Assembly: GCA_000320545.1 (NCBI GenBank)
Contig: ADNK01000407.1
Span: 20,834-84,833 of the forward strand
Direction: 5' to 3'
From: Bigelowiella natans CCMP2755
Taxonomy: Eukaryota > Protista > Cercozoa
Length of the DNA stretch: 64,000 nt
Shown: one piece after another, positions 25,014 through 38,430 of the stretch
Layout of the letters: every line of letters begins with the position of its first letter
How positions within the stretch are numbered: position 1 is the stretch's first letter
Translations under genes and position numbers: made by a program
Notes under the pieces: model-generated
Seen by the model: only the letters and a program-made list of their open reading frames with translations
The model's database searches: none
Told to the model about the DNA's origin: nothing

Positions 25014-27943
25014 ATGGAAACACCTGCGGGGGAGCGCAAAATTTTCAAGCAATCGAAAAAGCGAATTCGAAATGGATCGCTATCTCGTCCAGTACGTACC
25101 TAGACGCAAACATTCCCTCATCAATTTAATGTAATAACGCCATGTGCTAATCCGCAAAGAAAAAATTGGAAGACCGGAAAAGGAGCTTCAGGAACAGCCG
25201 TGACAATAAAAATGCGAAAAGCATGGTTCGGTTAACGACCTTCTTTACAAGTGACCGAAAGGATCGCGTCAAAGTAATTGCATCCATAAATTGTCATATA
25301 ACAGGATTTAACTGTATTATTTCTTTGCAGCAAACCTCTACAAACAAAACGTATATGATAAGGAGCATGCATTCATTATTCCGGGAACTGGCATCCACTT
25401 CATATTATACTGCAGTCCTGGGTGCCTTAGGGATTTTACTCTTCATTATACAGAGAGAACTTGAATGGTAATGATAAATACTGAATAAAAAATGAAAGTT
25501 TACTATCTAAAAGGAATGCTGCACTAATGGATTAGGTCTGGATCCAAAACTGCAGGGAACGTGTTGAGAATTATGAATGTTATCTCGACAATAATTCTGA
25601 TGCGGTTCATTTATTACTACTACGTTACGGTATTTTTAAAAAAAAATAGCTAAGGAGGTTAGTCCTGATGAGATATTCTTGTTGTGTTGCAGGTTCATAG
25701 AATGGATAAAATTCACATGAAATTACTTGTTGATACTTCATTTCTAATGACCCCAAATTTGAAGACGTTCTTGCTAGAGGTGGACATTTTTTCACGTAGT
25801 CCCAGGATATGTATGTAATGTCCGAAGTAATTTCGAGGCTGGATCTAATTGAAGAGTTCATGAAAAGTTGTACTCACAACTCTTATTTAAAATATGGCAG
25901 ATGATAATATGTATGGCGATCGATTATCCATACCTGGACTACCAGTAAGAATTTGCAATATCACATGCACAAAAGTGTTTTTTTCAAGATTTGATTTTTG
26001 TATCTAGTGTGGACTCGAAAGTGAGTTTCACGAACTCTGGAAATGGGACGTATGATCAAGAAGAATCCGTCAGAATTAGTCAGTTCATGTCCTTATTCAT
26101 CTTCTGCCGGTAACACCAAAATAAAGATTTATATCGAGAAGAAATAGATGTGAATTAGCGCAGTAAGCGCACACGTACATGCTGAACAATAGGATTGATT
26201 GTTAGGGTCTATCTTATCGCCCGGTACGTCATGGTGCAAACTTTTCCGCCGTCTCTAAGAATCTTTGGAAGATCCACGGGAGTTGAGTTCAAGGCTACGT
26301 TTGCTTTCAAAGAGATTTTCCACCGTTATCCGGTATGCGAACCTTAAGGTACTAGCAAATTCGATTGATATTTAATTCTCTCTCACGATTATAGGGGACA
26401 ACTCTTGCGGCCCTATCAATTACCACCTTCATGGCTTTGAGCTACTGCTTGTATCTCGTGGAAAGGGGCTATAACAATGGGATTGACACATACACCACCG
26501 CAATGTACGTTTAATTTAGTTCAAAAAACTCTCAAAATGCTTATAAACTCAATTTGATAGGTATTTCGCTATGATTACCGGCTACACGGTACTTTAACCT
26601 AACGTAGATTACTTCTCATGAAGTGCAATAATTAGTCGCATTGTATTGTATTAGGTTGGGTACGGAGAAATTTTCCCGGTCACAGCAGCAGGAAGATGGG
26701 TTGGACAAACGTGAAGTTTGGTTGAACATTGTTTTCTTATTGATTTCTCGAAATCTTAGGTTACCATTGTCATTGTCATCGGATTTACCGTGATCAATGC
26801 TGTTTTGGTGGCTACGATCGTGGAGTCATTACATTTTACAACCGTCGAGGCGAAGGTATTGATCTTCAAATGAATTTGGTGGGAGGGGTATTGAGTTAAA
26901 ACCCATTTTGGCAGATGTCTCGATATGTTCTCTTGCAAAATCTTGAGAAAGAGATGAAGCACCACGCCGCTTGCGTGCTCCAAAGCGCGTTCAGGATATA
27001 TCGGTGTCGAAAGCACAATCTTACGTGCACTTCATCTGGAAATCTTTGGTTAATCAATCTCAAGTTCTTCTGGGCGGTAACAAGATTTTTTTATCAATAA
27101 TGAGTTTGTGTGCTAATCGGTATTGTTTTTTAATTTTAAGGGGTGCAACTTCCAACGTTTGCGGAAGCAGCTAGTGTTCGAGAGGAAATTTTATAACAAA
27201 TCGGTAATCGGCATCACCATTCTGGATTCTGGCACCGGGCCCTCATAATGGTTTTTCTCATTTCAGGATCTGAATCAGATGTATATAATGCTGCAAAACG
27301 TGCTCAAGGACCATAATAATGTAGTTACTTGTTTAATATTCAAAAAAGAGACATAGTTATCTAATCGTGGTAAACACTTTGAAGTTCTGCTACATAATTC
27401 GATGCAGATGATTTGGGGTCTTCATGTAAACAAATGAGCTTAAAGTGGATATTAAAATAATAGGTAATGTCAGCGAATGCGAAGCATACCAAGACGAGGT
27501 CAAAGCTTCCCCAGGACGTCTCAAATTCTCCTCAGTTTATGGCTCGGTCTCCGCGAAGTGCTCTCAGTGTAGATAAAGAGATGAAGTCGTTTTCCACGCT
27601 TCCGGGACAAGCAAATACTTCAGAAAACAAGTCATTACTTACGCGCGCAGCTTCTCTTTCTACAGATATTGGAGAAGGGAAACGATTCCACTTTCTAGAT
27701 GACGATATTACTAAAAAGAAAGAGAAGAAAAAAGTAAACTCAGATTCGTCACTGATCCACGCCTCAGTTCCCGGATCGCCTTCGGGAGAAAATGGCACTA
27801 GTCTTAAATTTTGGGATGATGGGCGGAAAAAGCCCGATAACAGGGTCAAGGAAATTAATGAAATGATGCAGAAAATGAGAGAAAGGATTGATGCTGAGTT
27901 TGCACAGCTGAGAGTAATGATTCAGGAGAAGCTGAATGATTAG
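25014..27943 (+). CDS. Small-conductance Ca2+-activated K+ channel (SK/KCNN-like), spliced
   Basis: Pore YFAMITGYT|VGYGEIFPVTAAGR, S6 ...NAVLVATIVESLHFTTVEAK, calmodulin-binding-like EMKHHAACVLQSAFRIYR, S1 AVLGALGILLFIIQRELEW and a C-terminal coiled coil. Start uncertain. Confidence 0.85.
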
Positions 27944-28079
27944 GATTCTCTCATGCAAGAGGGATCGTGGATATCCTTGTACTGACGAATCGTTTTCCAC
28001 CACAAACCTTAGTCGGCGCATGTTCAATTAATATGTAAGCGAATAGAACTTACTATTAAAATGTCCCCTGTACTTTGCG

Positions 28080-28660
28080 AAGCTGGATGCAATCGGCGAG
28101 ACGTGGCAAGCTGCTAGCTCTAGTAGCTAACACAATTACAAGTACGTGACATTCATGTCGAATCGCATCTGCATGACGACGTCCGTGCTAGCAGTGCTAG
28201 CGTGATGCGCGCGCGCATTTCACTGTCGTCTAGCTGTGTCATGGCACACTTAGCTTAGATGCACGACGTGTCATAGACATGACATGTTTGCAGTAGTGGG
28301 TGCGATGCTAAAGGTGCTGCATGCGTTTTAGCAGGTTTCCTAGCTCGATCGATCATGGAATGCACATGGCCAGCTAGCTACTAGCTGCTAGCTAGTACAA
28401 TTAACATTCATGCGTGCGCGTGCATGTCATGGCTAGCATGTCCAATATATAAGTATTCCACGCAGCATTATACACGATATACCACAGCATACTAGCATCA
28501 CTACTAGCTAGCTCGCTCATCATTTGACTGGGCATAATAAGCATATAGCGCGCGCGCTTACAAATAGCATCGGTAAATGATGTAAAAGTCATTTACGCGT
28601 TAAAACTTACATTAATCATTAATTGCTTAACATTATTGACGGACTAGCTACGCTACAGCA
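28080..28660. other. CTAG/CATG-rich intergenic tract between convergent genes
   Basis: gctagctactagctgctagctag (~28373), repeated gctagc/gcatgc/gcgcgc. Confidence 0.7.
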
Positions 28661-28691
28661 GCAGGAAACCAAGTCTTCGATTGCTCTGAGC

Positions 28692-29255
28692 TCAGCTAAA
28701 AGACAAGCCAAACTCTTCGATCGAGGCAGAAAAATTGAACTTGTTCGCAGCTGCTTTGAGCCCCATCTCTAAAGCCCGTCGCAAACGTCGTACGGGCGGG
28801 ATCATTCTTGTGGACATAGATTGGGCGGGTGCAGCAGCTGCTTTGACGTTTTGTTGTCGATGCAGCAGCGTTATTCCGCTTTTATTTGTTTCACCAACTT
28901 TGCCACTGCTGACAGAAACCCTACTTGTACTGTCACTCTTACCGCCGCTGTTGCTGCTACTTCTGCCTGACCCTACATTTGTTTCCTCCCCCCCTGTATT
29001 TGCTTTATTTTTCGACTCAACGCAATGCACGCCTACAACAGCCTGCCTGGCCTCATCTACCTCATCTGCACCTTCCCCCTTTTGAGGGTGGCAGTGACGG
29101 TTTAAAGCAACTGAAGCATTTGCAAATCGAAAGTAAACTTTGAGCTTGCAACACTGATGCTTCTGCCCTTCTCCCAATCTTAAAATATGCTTCCTGCCTT
29201 CTTGCCCTTCCTCTCCTACTTCAAGAGTATGGACGTCGCCATCTTCAGATGCAGT

Positions 29256-29286
<31 letters not shown>

Positions 29287-32128
29287 ACATCAGCAGGAGG
29301 AGGTTGAGTGGGAGGAGAAACGGAGGAGAAAGAAGCAGCAGCAGCTGCTGGAGAAGCAATAGGAACAGCTGCGGCTGCTGGTGATGGTACTGGCGAGCGA
29401 AGGGAGACATTGTGCGCTCTACCTCCACCATTACATGATCGCGTCTCGCCATTATTTTCATTTGCGTTGTTTCGACTCGCGTGTTTTCCCGCTCGTCCGT
29501 TTGCTTTATCACCTCCTACTGCTTTTCCTCCTCCTCCTCCTCCTCCTCCTCCTCCTCCTCCTCCTCCTCCTTTTGTTGCCCCTTCTCCTCCCTCATCAGG
29601 TTCATGCCGTTGCTTTTTGTTGGAAACACAAACACCATTATCATCACCAGAGCTGCTTTGGTAATGGGCCGCAGCAGTTTCTCGTTTCCATTTCAGGTTT
29701 CTTGCACGTTTCTTACTGACAGCACTGCCCTTCTTCGTCCCAGCTGCACTGCATTGGGGGGGGGGGGGGGGGTTCTGTTGGTGTCCACGGAGGAAATTCA
29801 TGGTATGTTGGCTAAGGTGAAGAAGATCTAAACTGTCCGCGTGTATTGACCTAGCGCACTCATGAAGGGTAGGCTCGCACAACCGCGTAAAAGTGAGAGG
29901 GGGGAGAGCAATGCAGATAGTGGCTATCACCGCCAACTTGAGTTCGTTATCTTCCCTCTCTTCTTCTTCTTCTTCTTCCCACTCTCGTCGTTGTCGCCCA
30001 TCCCTCAATCCGTCTTCTTTCACTTCCTCACGCAGATCCCCCGGCAAAGAGCATACTGCTGCTCCGCCATTTGGGTTATGATTCTGACGATGTGTATGGA
30101 CTAGTGGGTGATATGAAGGGAACGAAGTCAGGTGTTTCATCCTACTACCACAGCTTTTACCATCGTTGCCCCCTAGCTGATCGATAGCAGCTGGAGGCGG
30201 AAGTGGAGGAGGAGGAGGGTATGCAGCCATATGGTGGATCGTTTGACCAATATCACGCTTCCTATTTGAGCTGCTGAGCTGCGGGGAAGTAATCGTCGAT
30301 GGGGAACCATATCGAGCACCACAGTAATACGCAGAGAGGTCGGTGGTGGGAGAGATTGAGGATGAGGAAAGGGGAGGTTGGAAATCGCGGTGTTGTTGGT
30401 GTTGATGTTGTTGTTGTTGTCGTCGTAGATTGTGCTGCTGTTGTTGGTGGTGCGAAGTAGTAGCAATGTCAAAGCTAAGGCTACGCTTCATGCTTACAGT
30501 CGGTGGTTTCCACTCTTCATCACGCTGCTGCTGCTGCTGCTGCTGCCAATAAAATGGTATTCGGTACGGATAATAAAACTGTAGACCAGGATGAAAGCAA
30601 GGGTTCTGATGCTGTCTTTGGTGGGGTCTATCACTTGGGAGGAGGGGAAGAGGAGGAGCCTGAGAATGCGGATTGGGTTGGTTGTAGAAGTCGTAGTTGC
30701 CCTCTGGATGATGACGACGATGATGATGATGGTGATGAGGTCCCTGGCCTCCTCCTCCTCCTCCTCCTCCTCCTCCTCCTCCTCCTCCCTCCTTCTGTGA
30801 AAGAGTTTTCTGAACTAAAAGATGCTGGTTCTGAGGGGGAAGATGATGTCCAGGGATTATTGGTCTTTGGTGCCTTCCGCAGTGCAGCTGTTGAGTCTGC
30901 CGATTACGATGGATATTGATAGTTATGTCTCCATCCGCTATCGTCGCTCTCGCTTCCAAATTCGAGTTGGCTAGGAGATCTTCATCATCATCATCATCAC
31001 CACCACCACCGCTATTCTCATCGTAGTCATCTACATCATCATCGTCGTCGTCGTCGTCGTCGTTTTCATCGTCTTCATCGTCTTCCAGATCCTTCTGTTT
31101 GGATACGCAATTTTTGGATTCAATTCTTTGGTGTCCATTTGCGCGAAGAGGATGAAGAGAAAGGTAGATTTCAAGCAGACAGGAAGAGAGGAGTTGGAGA
31201 GAGGAAAATACGAAAAAGGCATAAAGAGGAGGAAAGAGAAGTCATGCAAGAGAAGAAATATACGTAAAGACGATGTAGATTCCCATTATCTTATATTGCC
31301 CCTTGCAACCATTTCTTCTATTTCTTTTCCTGCTGCTGCTACGACAAACCTGTGCTAACTCAGCCAGTGCTGATGCAGCAGCGATACCCTCTTCCATGCC
31401 ACGGCGCCCTTTCTTCTTCTTCTTCTTCTTTATTTTATTTCCTTTCTTCTTCTTCCCAGGCGACAATTGCTTATTGCCATCACTTTTCTTCATCTTTCTT
31501 GGCTCCTCCTTCCCCCCCCCCCTCCTCCTCTTCTTCACTCTCGTGATCCCCCCCCCATAAATCGGCAGTGAAGAAGAGGAGTGGGAGCGAGAAAGATGAG
31601 GGTAGCTATGGTGGTAGGTATGGAGCTGCTGCTGCTGCTGCTGCCGCATATTGCACTTCTCAGTCAAGGACGGCGACGAATGACGGTGACGATGACGACG
31701 ATCGTGGTGGTGCAAAAGGATAGTGTCATGCGAACGACTCGGGGGCAGCCGTGATAACGAAGATGATGACAACTTGATGATGGTACTTTTTCTATTAAAA
31801 GAGGCAGCTGCGGCAGCAGCAGCGGCATTAGCCTTACTCAAACGACGAGCGTGGACCCAGCCGTCAGCCATTTCTTCTTCTTCTACATGGGGTGGGGTTA
31901 TTCAATGATTTCATCATACTTGAAACATAGCGTGAAAAGAAGAGAATAGATCTAGGCTTTAGCAGGATTACGCTGGCTTTTAATATTGCTGATCGACTCT
32001 CTCGATGTGTTGTTTGATTCCCTTTTTTGGCACTCCAATGCTGTTCAGCAACTAAGTAACGAACAGAAGATGGACTCCCCCACAACTTGACCATCATCAC
32101 TGTAGACTTCATCAACCATCCATTTTGG

Positions 32129-32173
<45 letters not shown>

Positions 32174-32837
32174 TAAATGTATCATAGAGCACCATACCTG
32201 GCGGGGGCCGCAAATCACTCCGAGGTGGCATCTTAGATGCCAAACCGCTCTCGATTTGCAATGCGCGAGCACCGTTGTTGTTACTGTTGTTGTTATCCCA
32301 ATGGCCTGCTTCGGCGCTATTGCTATCTCTCCTGTGTATGTTTGAATGATTGATCAGTCTTCCCTCCAACACACATTGCAACTGCTGCTGCTGCTTGCTG
32401 CATTACAAATGCCACCACATCATCAGAGGATATACAGCAAAGCACAACAAGCAAGCATATCATAAACTATGGATCCTCCTTACCCTTCCAAACGGGTAGC
32501 GGTGGTAAAGACGACGCGAGATGAAGGAGGAGGAGGAGGAGGAGGAGGAGGAGGAGGAGGAGAGGGGGTAGGCTGCTCTTGTTCTATTGTTCCCAGCCAT
32601 TCTGTTTTGACTTCTCCGCTATCATATACATGTGCCGGTACTCCTGCTGCTCCTGCTCCTCCTGCTACTGCTATCGTTGAGGGGGTGGCAGCAGCAGCAG
32701 CAGCAGCATTTGAAATAGACGTAGAAGACTTGACAATAAAAGGGTTGGAGCTTCTGCTGCTTCTGCTGCTGCTGCTGCGGAGGTATCTTTCGTGCTGCTG
32801 CTGCTGCTGCTGATGCGTCCTAGATGATGATGATGAA

Positions 32838-32869
<32 letters not shown>

Positions 32870-33895
32870 AGGTGGAACATCCTTCAGAGGCTCATGCTGC
32901 TGCCGTCGTCTGTATCTGAAGGAGGATTGGGGGGGGGGGGGAGGGGGTTGGATGAAGGGAAACGAACAATATATGTAACAGAGAGGGAGAGAGATAGAAA
33001 GAAACACAGATTCGTGAAAACAAAGCGTGTACTGTTAAGCGCGCGTTCACAAAGATACCAATACTGCTTTCGAAAGGTTTTTTGTGCATATTTTCCATCG
33101 ACACCATAACGACGGTGCGATATGATGACCAATCTTCGTTTCACTTACTGATGTCGCGAGCCACTAGACTCCACACAGCTGCTAGTTGTTGTGGATGCTG
33201 TTGCAGCAGCGTAAGCGAAATTCCGTTGGTAGTGGTGGTGGTGGTGGTGCTGCTGCTGAAGATGACTACTTAAGTGAGGATAATTGCTATAATTCTGCTC
33301 CTCGTTGGAGGATGGAGGATGAACAATGCTATTTTTGCCCATCTGGCGACGATGCTGCGAAGCAGCATCAACAAAATTGGTAAAACTATTTTCGTTTCTT
33401 GGTGCTGCCGCATGACGGATGGAGGCATCATGGTGCTGGTACTGTCTACAGCCACTACTACTCATTAGAAAAGAAGAAGAAGATGATGATGATGACGACG
33501 ATGATGATGCTGAAGGCGCAGCGGCAGGTGTGATGTAGGACGATGATGGCTTACTACTAATCTCAGCTGCCATTTGGTTATTGTTGCTAGCAGTAGTCCG
33601 AGGAGGAGATAACAATGATGACGACGGCGACGACGATGATGATGCTATCGTCCCCTGCTTGCGCGAGGTAGTGCTATTTGCGTTGAGGCTACTACTACTA
33701 TTCGTGGCCTGGAGGAGTCCTTTTTGTTTGAGGTAGTAGTGGGAGTTCTGAATGATCGCTGCCACTTGGTCCACCTCGCGTCTTAACGTGACAAGATCGT
33801 CCTCCGCACCATCATACCTTAGCAGCAGCCATAATAGCAACAACAGCAATAGCGATGGTGACGATAAAGAGCATGGTGGTGGTGTGATCATGATG

Positions 33896-33930
<35 letters not shown>

Positions 33931-34413
33931 CATTCCTGCGTCTGCCGTAGAATGAAAACATCAGCGTTCTGTACATCTCTCATGGAGAGCGGCATGGCGC
34001 GCCCCGAGTTTAGGATAGCTCCCGTCGCGTCGTTGTCGCCAGCTCCATTGCCTCCTTTGCCGCCATGCTTTCCTTGCGTCTTACGGATTCGTTTGGCCGA
34101 TTTCAGGACTTTTATCAACCTGGAGATAGTGTTGTTTTTGCTGGTGGGATAAATAGAGAAGAGAGAAGACTATTATAGGACGAGGAGGAGGAGGGAGAGG
34201 AGGAGGAAGGGGGGGGGGAGGAGGAGGAATAGCAACAATATATTGTTTCAACGTCTCCTTCCTAGCTGGGATGTGACCTTCCGAGGCTGCTGGTATTCTC
34301 CATCCGCGCACAGGAGTTGAGCAGGTGCTTCACCAGCGACGCCTTGTCGATGCATTGCTTGCCGTTGTTGTAGCGGAGAAACCTTACTCTAGTTCCACAT
34401 CTAATATTGGGGG

Positions 34414-34455
<42 letters not shown>

Positions 34456-36093
34456 CAGATACGAGTGTGGGAAAGAGGAGGAAGAGAAGGAAGACCAATA
34501 TAACTACAGAGCAATGCAAAAGGATGTAGACGGGGACGATAATTCGTGAATGTGAGTGAAAGAAAGACAGAATAGTGGAGGTAATAGCATCAGCACTAGT
34601 TGTGTTGCGGTTGCTTTAAAAGCAGCAAAGAAGATAATGCAGAGGGGCTGGGAAGGGAGAATATTCTTAATTAAATTTCATTGCCTTGGGCAGGCAATCT
34701 TGTTCTGATTTCCTTCCGCCGCAGTGACAAGGAGAAGAGGTGGCTGGGGGCTCAGCGCAGATGCTGCAGCAGAAGTAGCAGTTGGCATTGGTGTAGGGGG
34801 AGGCTGATGGAATTGGTGGAGATGCTGCTGCTGCTGGTGGTGGTGGTGGTGCTGGTGGTGGTGGTGCTGTGTAGGAGCTCTACGTACGCCAACATCAGCC
34901 TTTCGATCGTTCTGTTGTGATTGCTGTTGCTGATACTGCTGCTGGTTGGTTATCCTGGTAAAGTGAAGAGAAGGCTGTTGCTTTTCTCCTCCTCCTCCTC
35001 CTCCTCCTCCTCCTCCTCCTCCTCGGTCTCTCTGCAAGGGGGGAGGAGAAGCAGAGGTTTATGCAGATGACATGACGAAGCAGGAGGCGAACAAGTAGTG
35101 GTAGTAGTAGTAGTAGTACAATTGGCAGATGTTGGCGATGGTATTAGCGTAGTATGAGCTTTCTTCTCAAAGTCCACACGCATTCACATATGCTACACAC
35201 ATGCATACACTTGGAGCACACACACACTTTTGTGCGTAGGAAGTGAATGGATGTGTGTGAACTGGAGCACACACACACACACACACACACTTTTGTGCAT
35301 AGGAAGTGAATGGATGTGTGGTGAACTGGTGGTGGTTTGCACGTGTCAATAAATGGAGGGAATCACCTGCGCAGGGGGCGGTGGTGGTGGTGGTGATAAT
35401 TGTTGTTCCTGGTAAGCAGCATCACCAGCAGCAGTCGATACAGAAGCTTTGCGGGGAAGTAGTAGCGATAAAGGTGATGAGGATGCTGCTATTGCTGATA
35501 GAGATGAGGACGACGATTGTGGTTGGCTGCTGCTTGAAGATCCTGTAATGACCTTCTCGTTACCACCAGAAGCAGTAGTGTTTATTACGTCACTGCCACT
35601 ATTATTGCTATCGTTATTGTTGTTGTTGCTGCTGCTGCTGGTGGTGGTGGTGGTTGTAGTGGCATTGTTGTGGGTGGTTTCGGGAGGGCGCACACCTCCA
35701 CGACCACCACCTCGTATGCGGGCAACAAAGGATGTCGCCTGTTCGTGGTGGAGGCCTACATCATCATATAGTATTAGGAGTAGTACTACTTGCCAAGGGG
35801 GGGGAGGAGGGGGTGTTAGCATATGTTTTCCTTAACGATTCGAAATTGTTAGCAAAACCATCCAACCCAGTCGGCTCACCACTACCACCCCCACCACCAC
35901 CACCACCAAAATCACCAGTGTATTAACGATGACGGCAATGTATGCACATCTATACTAGATAGAGGGTGAGGGTAGAATTATGATGGCCGACCGTCAAGAT
36001 CTTTCACGACTCTATTAGTGCTAGTGGCTTGCTTGAATGCTTTGGAATATACGATAAATATTGTAAAATAAATGCATAACCCATTTCTAGATG

Positions 36094-36124
<31 letters not shown>

Positions 36125-36401
36125 ACACACATACACATACACACACAGACACAGCACATCATCCACACTGTTGCTAAATACCCCTGATTTTGGCTCTCCA
36201 GTTACCGACGGTGGTGTCAGTTATTCGGAACCTCTTGACGTGCTCCCACATCGCTTGGCATAACCATGCGACCACCTTCAAATGCTTTGAATCCTCTGGT
36301 ATTATGACATTTTCTTCTCCTCCTTCTTCTTTTCCCCCTCCTGAGGCGACCAGTGCAAGCCACTGTTCCATCTCGGATATCGCGGACATTTGAGGCTCCA
36401 T
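28692..36401 (-). CDS. Large low-complexity hypothetical protein locus (polyQ/G/H/S; may be more than one gene)
   Basis: 755-aa terminal ORF 28692-30959 plus upstream open segments on the same strand (31242-31871, 32480-33007, 33145-33933, 34262-34400, 36174-36401) separated by microsatellite-rich GT-AG introns. No domain recognised. Confidence 0.5.
35208..35330. repeat. Tandem duplication of a ~55-65 bp unit containing (CA)n
   Basis: tggagcacac(ac)nttttgtgcRtaggaagtgaatggatgtgtg occurs twice with different CA lengths. Confidence 0.8.
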
Positions 36402-36780
36402 AAATTTGCTGCCGGTGGACCTGATCGTGCGGTTGCACACCCGAGCTAACTCCTTCGTCTAGAATCATGCATTATTAAGTGTGAAAATGATAGTGTTGAC
36501 ACAATATCATTATACTTTGTTTATGTGGGTCTTGTGGCGCATGATGATGAAAATGAAAATTTGAGGACGCTGTTTATCTCTCAAGCCATAAGTCGCCCCT
36601 TTCTGAAATGCCTCTTCTTTCCTCTTTTATGTCACTTACGAAGATAATTGCGTTCATGATTCCGATGCGAATTTTGGCGTGAGACTTTCGAAGCTCCTTT
36701 TTAATCAATCATGAATGTGCACTTATACGTACGATATACAATATGAGTGCAATTATAAACACACACATATTAAAATAAAG

Positions 36781-36813
<33 letters not shown>

Positions 36814-36905
36814 TTTATATATTCATGTTTTCACGCATATGTACAAATACATTTCTATTTTTCAGATATATAATATGCAATACTCTTATTTTGCATCGTA
36901 GCACA

Positions 36906-38297
36906 TTAAATGATTCTTCTGCCTCGTGTTGATACTGATACCTTCGTAGCCTCGTGAAAGCGACTTTGTGCCATTTGTACATCCTCAAACATTCCCAAAA
37001 CACCTTCACCCCAAAGGTTACAGGCCAAATGTACCTTTGAAATGTTGGGATGCACATACAACGGACATCACCATAGTAGTAAGTTGCACCAGGATCAGCA
37101 AAGTTCATGCACGTTCTGATGGCATATATTTAAGATGATTGATTCTTTCTCACGAACGAACCTTGGTGTTTGTATGGCGGCGGCTTTTCAGAACGTCAGC
37201 AGTGGCTGCGATTCCGCACACGCCGCAAATGTCCTTTGTCATTTCCCTTATTTTCAAACAACGATTAGTTACGTCTGTGAAACTGGAACGTCAAAACCAA
37301 TTTTGATTTCGCTTTCTTCCGCTTTGTGACGTAAGTTTTGCTCGGGGTTGTGCTCCTGAGATCGTGACAAGCAAACGAGAAATACCTAAGCTATCAAGCA
37401 CGTATAACGCAGGAATAGTGGTGCTACTGAATCGCTAGACACTTTATATAAGTGCAAAAATGAAACGCTTCAATTTCGTCGGATGACCTCCTGCTCATTG
37501 CAAAGCGAACTAGCGAAACATCGACGGTGCTTGCGACACATTGTTACATTGCACCACACAAACAGAATCTAGATTTTAGCCTCGTCCCACTATAAGGGCC
37601 TTCTTGCTTAAAACATCGATTCAAAAGGAGCATTTGATCACAGTGTTGGACCTCCATCAAACGCAGACGAGGAGAGGCACGCTTGACGTTAACAAGCTGA
37701 GTTCGATCTACGACAACATATTTCGAGTATTTCTGAACTGTTTCGCAGTGCGTTTTCGACTAAAGCACAGGTCGCCAGACGGCCAAACCCGGAGGGAAAA
37801 AGCTTCCGATTCAGACATCCTTATCTCCCTTCCAATCCAAGATGTGGTGGATATATCGAATTTCTCTATCTATTTCCTTGTCGTATGGTCTGATTAAAGT
37901 GGATTCTTCCACCTCGAGATTTAAGCATTGACTACCAGCGTCCTGAAACTCGGACCCCCCGGACGATGGGTTGGCTATTCCATAATTCTGGCAAATCCAA
38001 AGTAATTTGTCGCATGAAAGGAAAGACGTCAAAACCGTCACTTGAGCCATTTCACTCTTCTTTGCATCTGGAGATTCTGTGGAGATGTGAGGATCGTCCT
38101 GGGGACATCTCTGCGGCTCCTGCGTGTTGAAAATCCAGGGCACGAAAGACAGAAGCGCAAGGGATGGTGAACCACAAGCAAGAGCAGCCATCGAGTGAAA
38201 GCCGCTTTCTCCTTTGATGTCGAGAAGCTTGTGACCCACGAACAAGGTGCTCGTAAAATTGCAAAATTTGTTGACGAAGGAGAGAATTCGACGACAT
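36906..38297 (-). CDS. Hypothetical spliced protein with weak CinA/PncC-like resemblance
   Basis: Segments MSSNSLLRQQILQFYEHL...CLWFTIPCAS, EMTKDICGVCGIAATADVLKSRRHTNTK|VHLACNLWGEG...RRII* bounded by GT/AG. Internal exon structure unresolved. Confidence 0.35.
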
Positions 38298-38430
38298 AGA
38301 ACACAGGGAATTTGGGGAAAGGAAGGAAATCAAGGGGCCATGAAAGAAGTGGGAGGCGATACGACGAAACCTCTGGAATTGACTGACTTGAAATTCATAT
38401 TGTCTTTGTTACATTTGAAACAGAATACCA

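Noticed and set aside
28735-30919. Plus-strand ORFs opposite the 755-aa ORF
   Set aside because: Antisense shadows of a low-complexity trinucleotide-rich exon.
35208-35330. Repeat-spacer-like pattern (CRISPR-like)
   Set aside because: Only two copies, the variable part is a CA microsatellite, the context is a eukaryotic intron and there are no cas genes.
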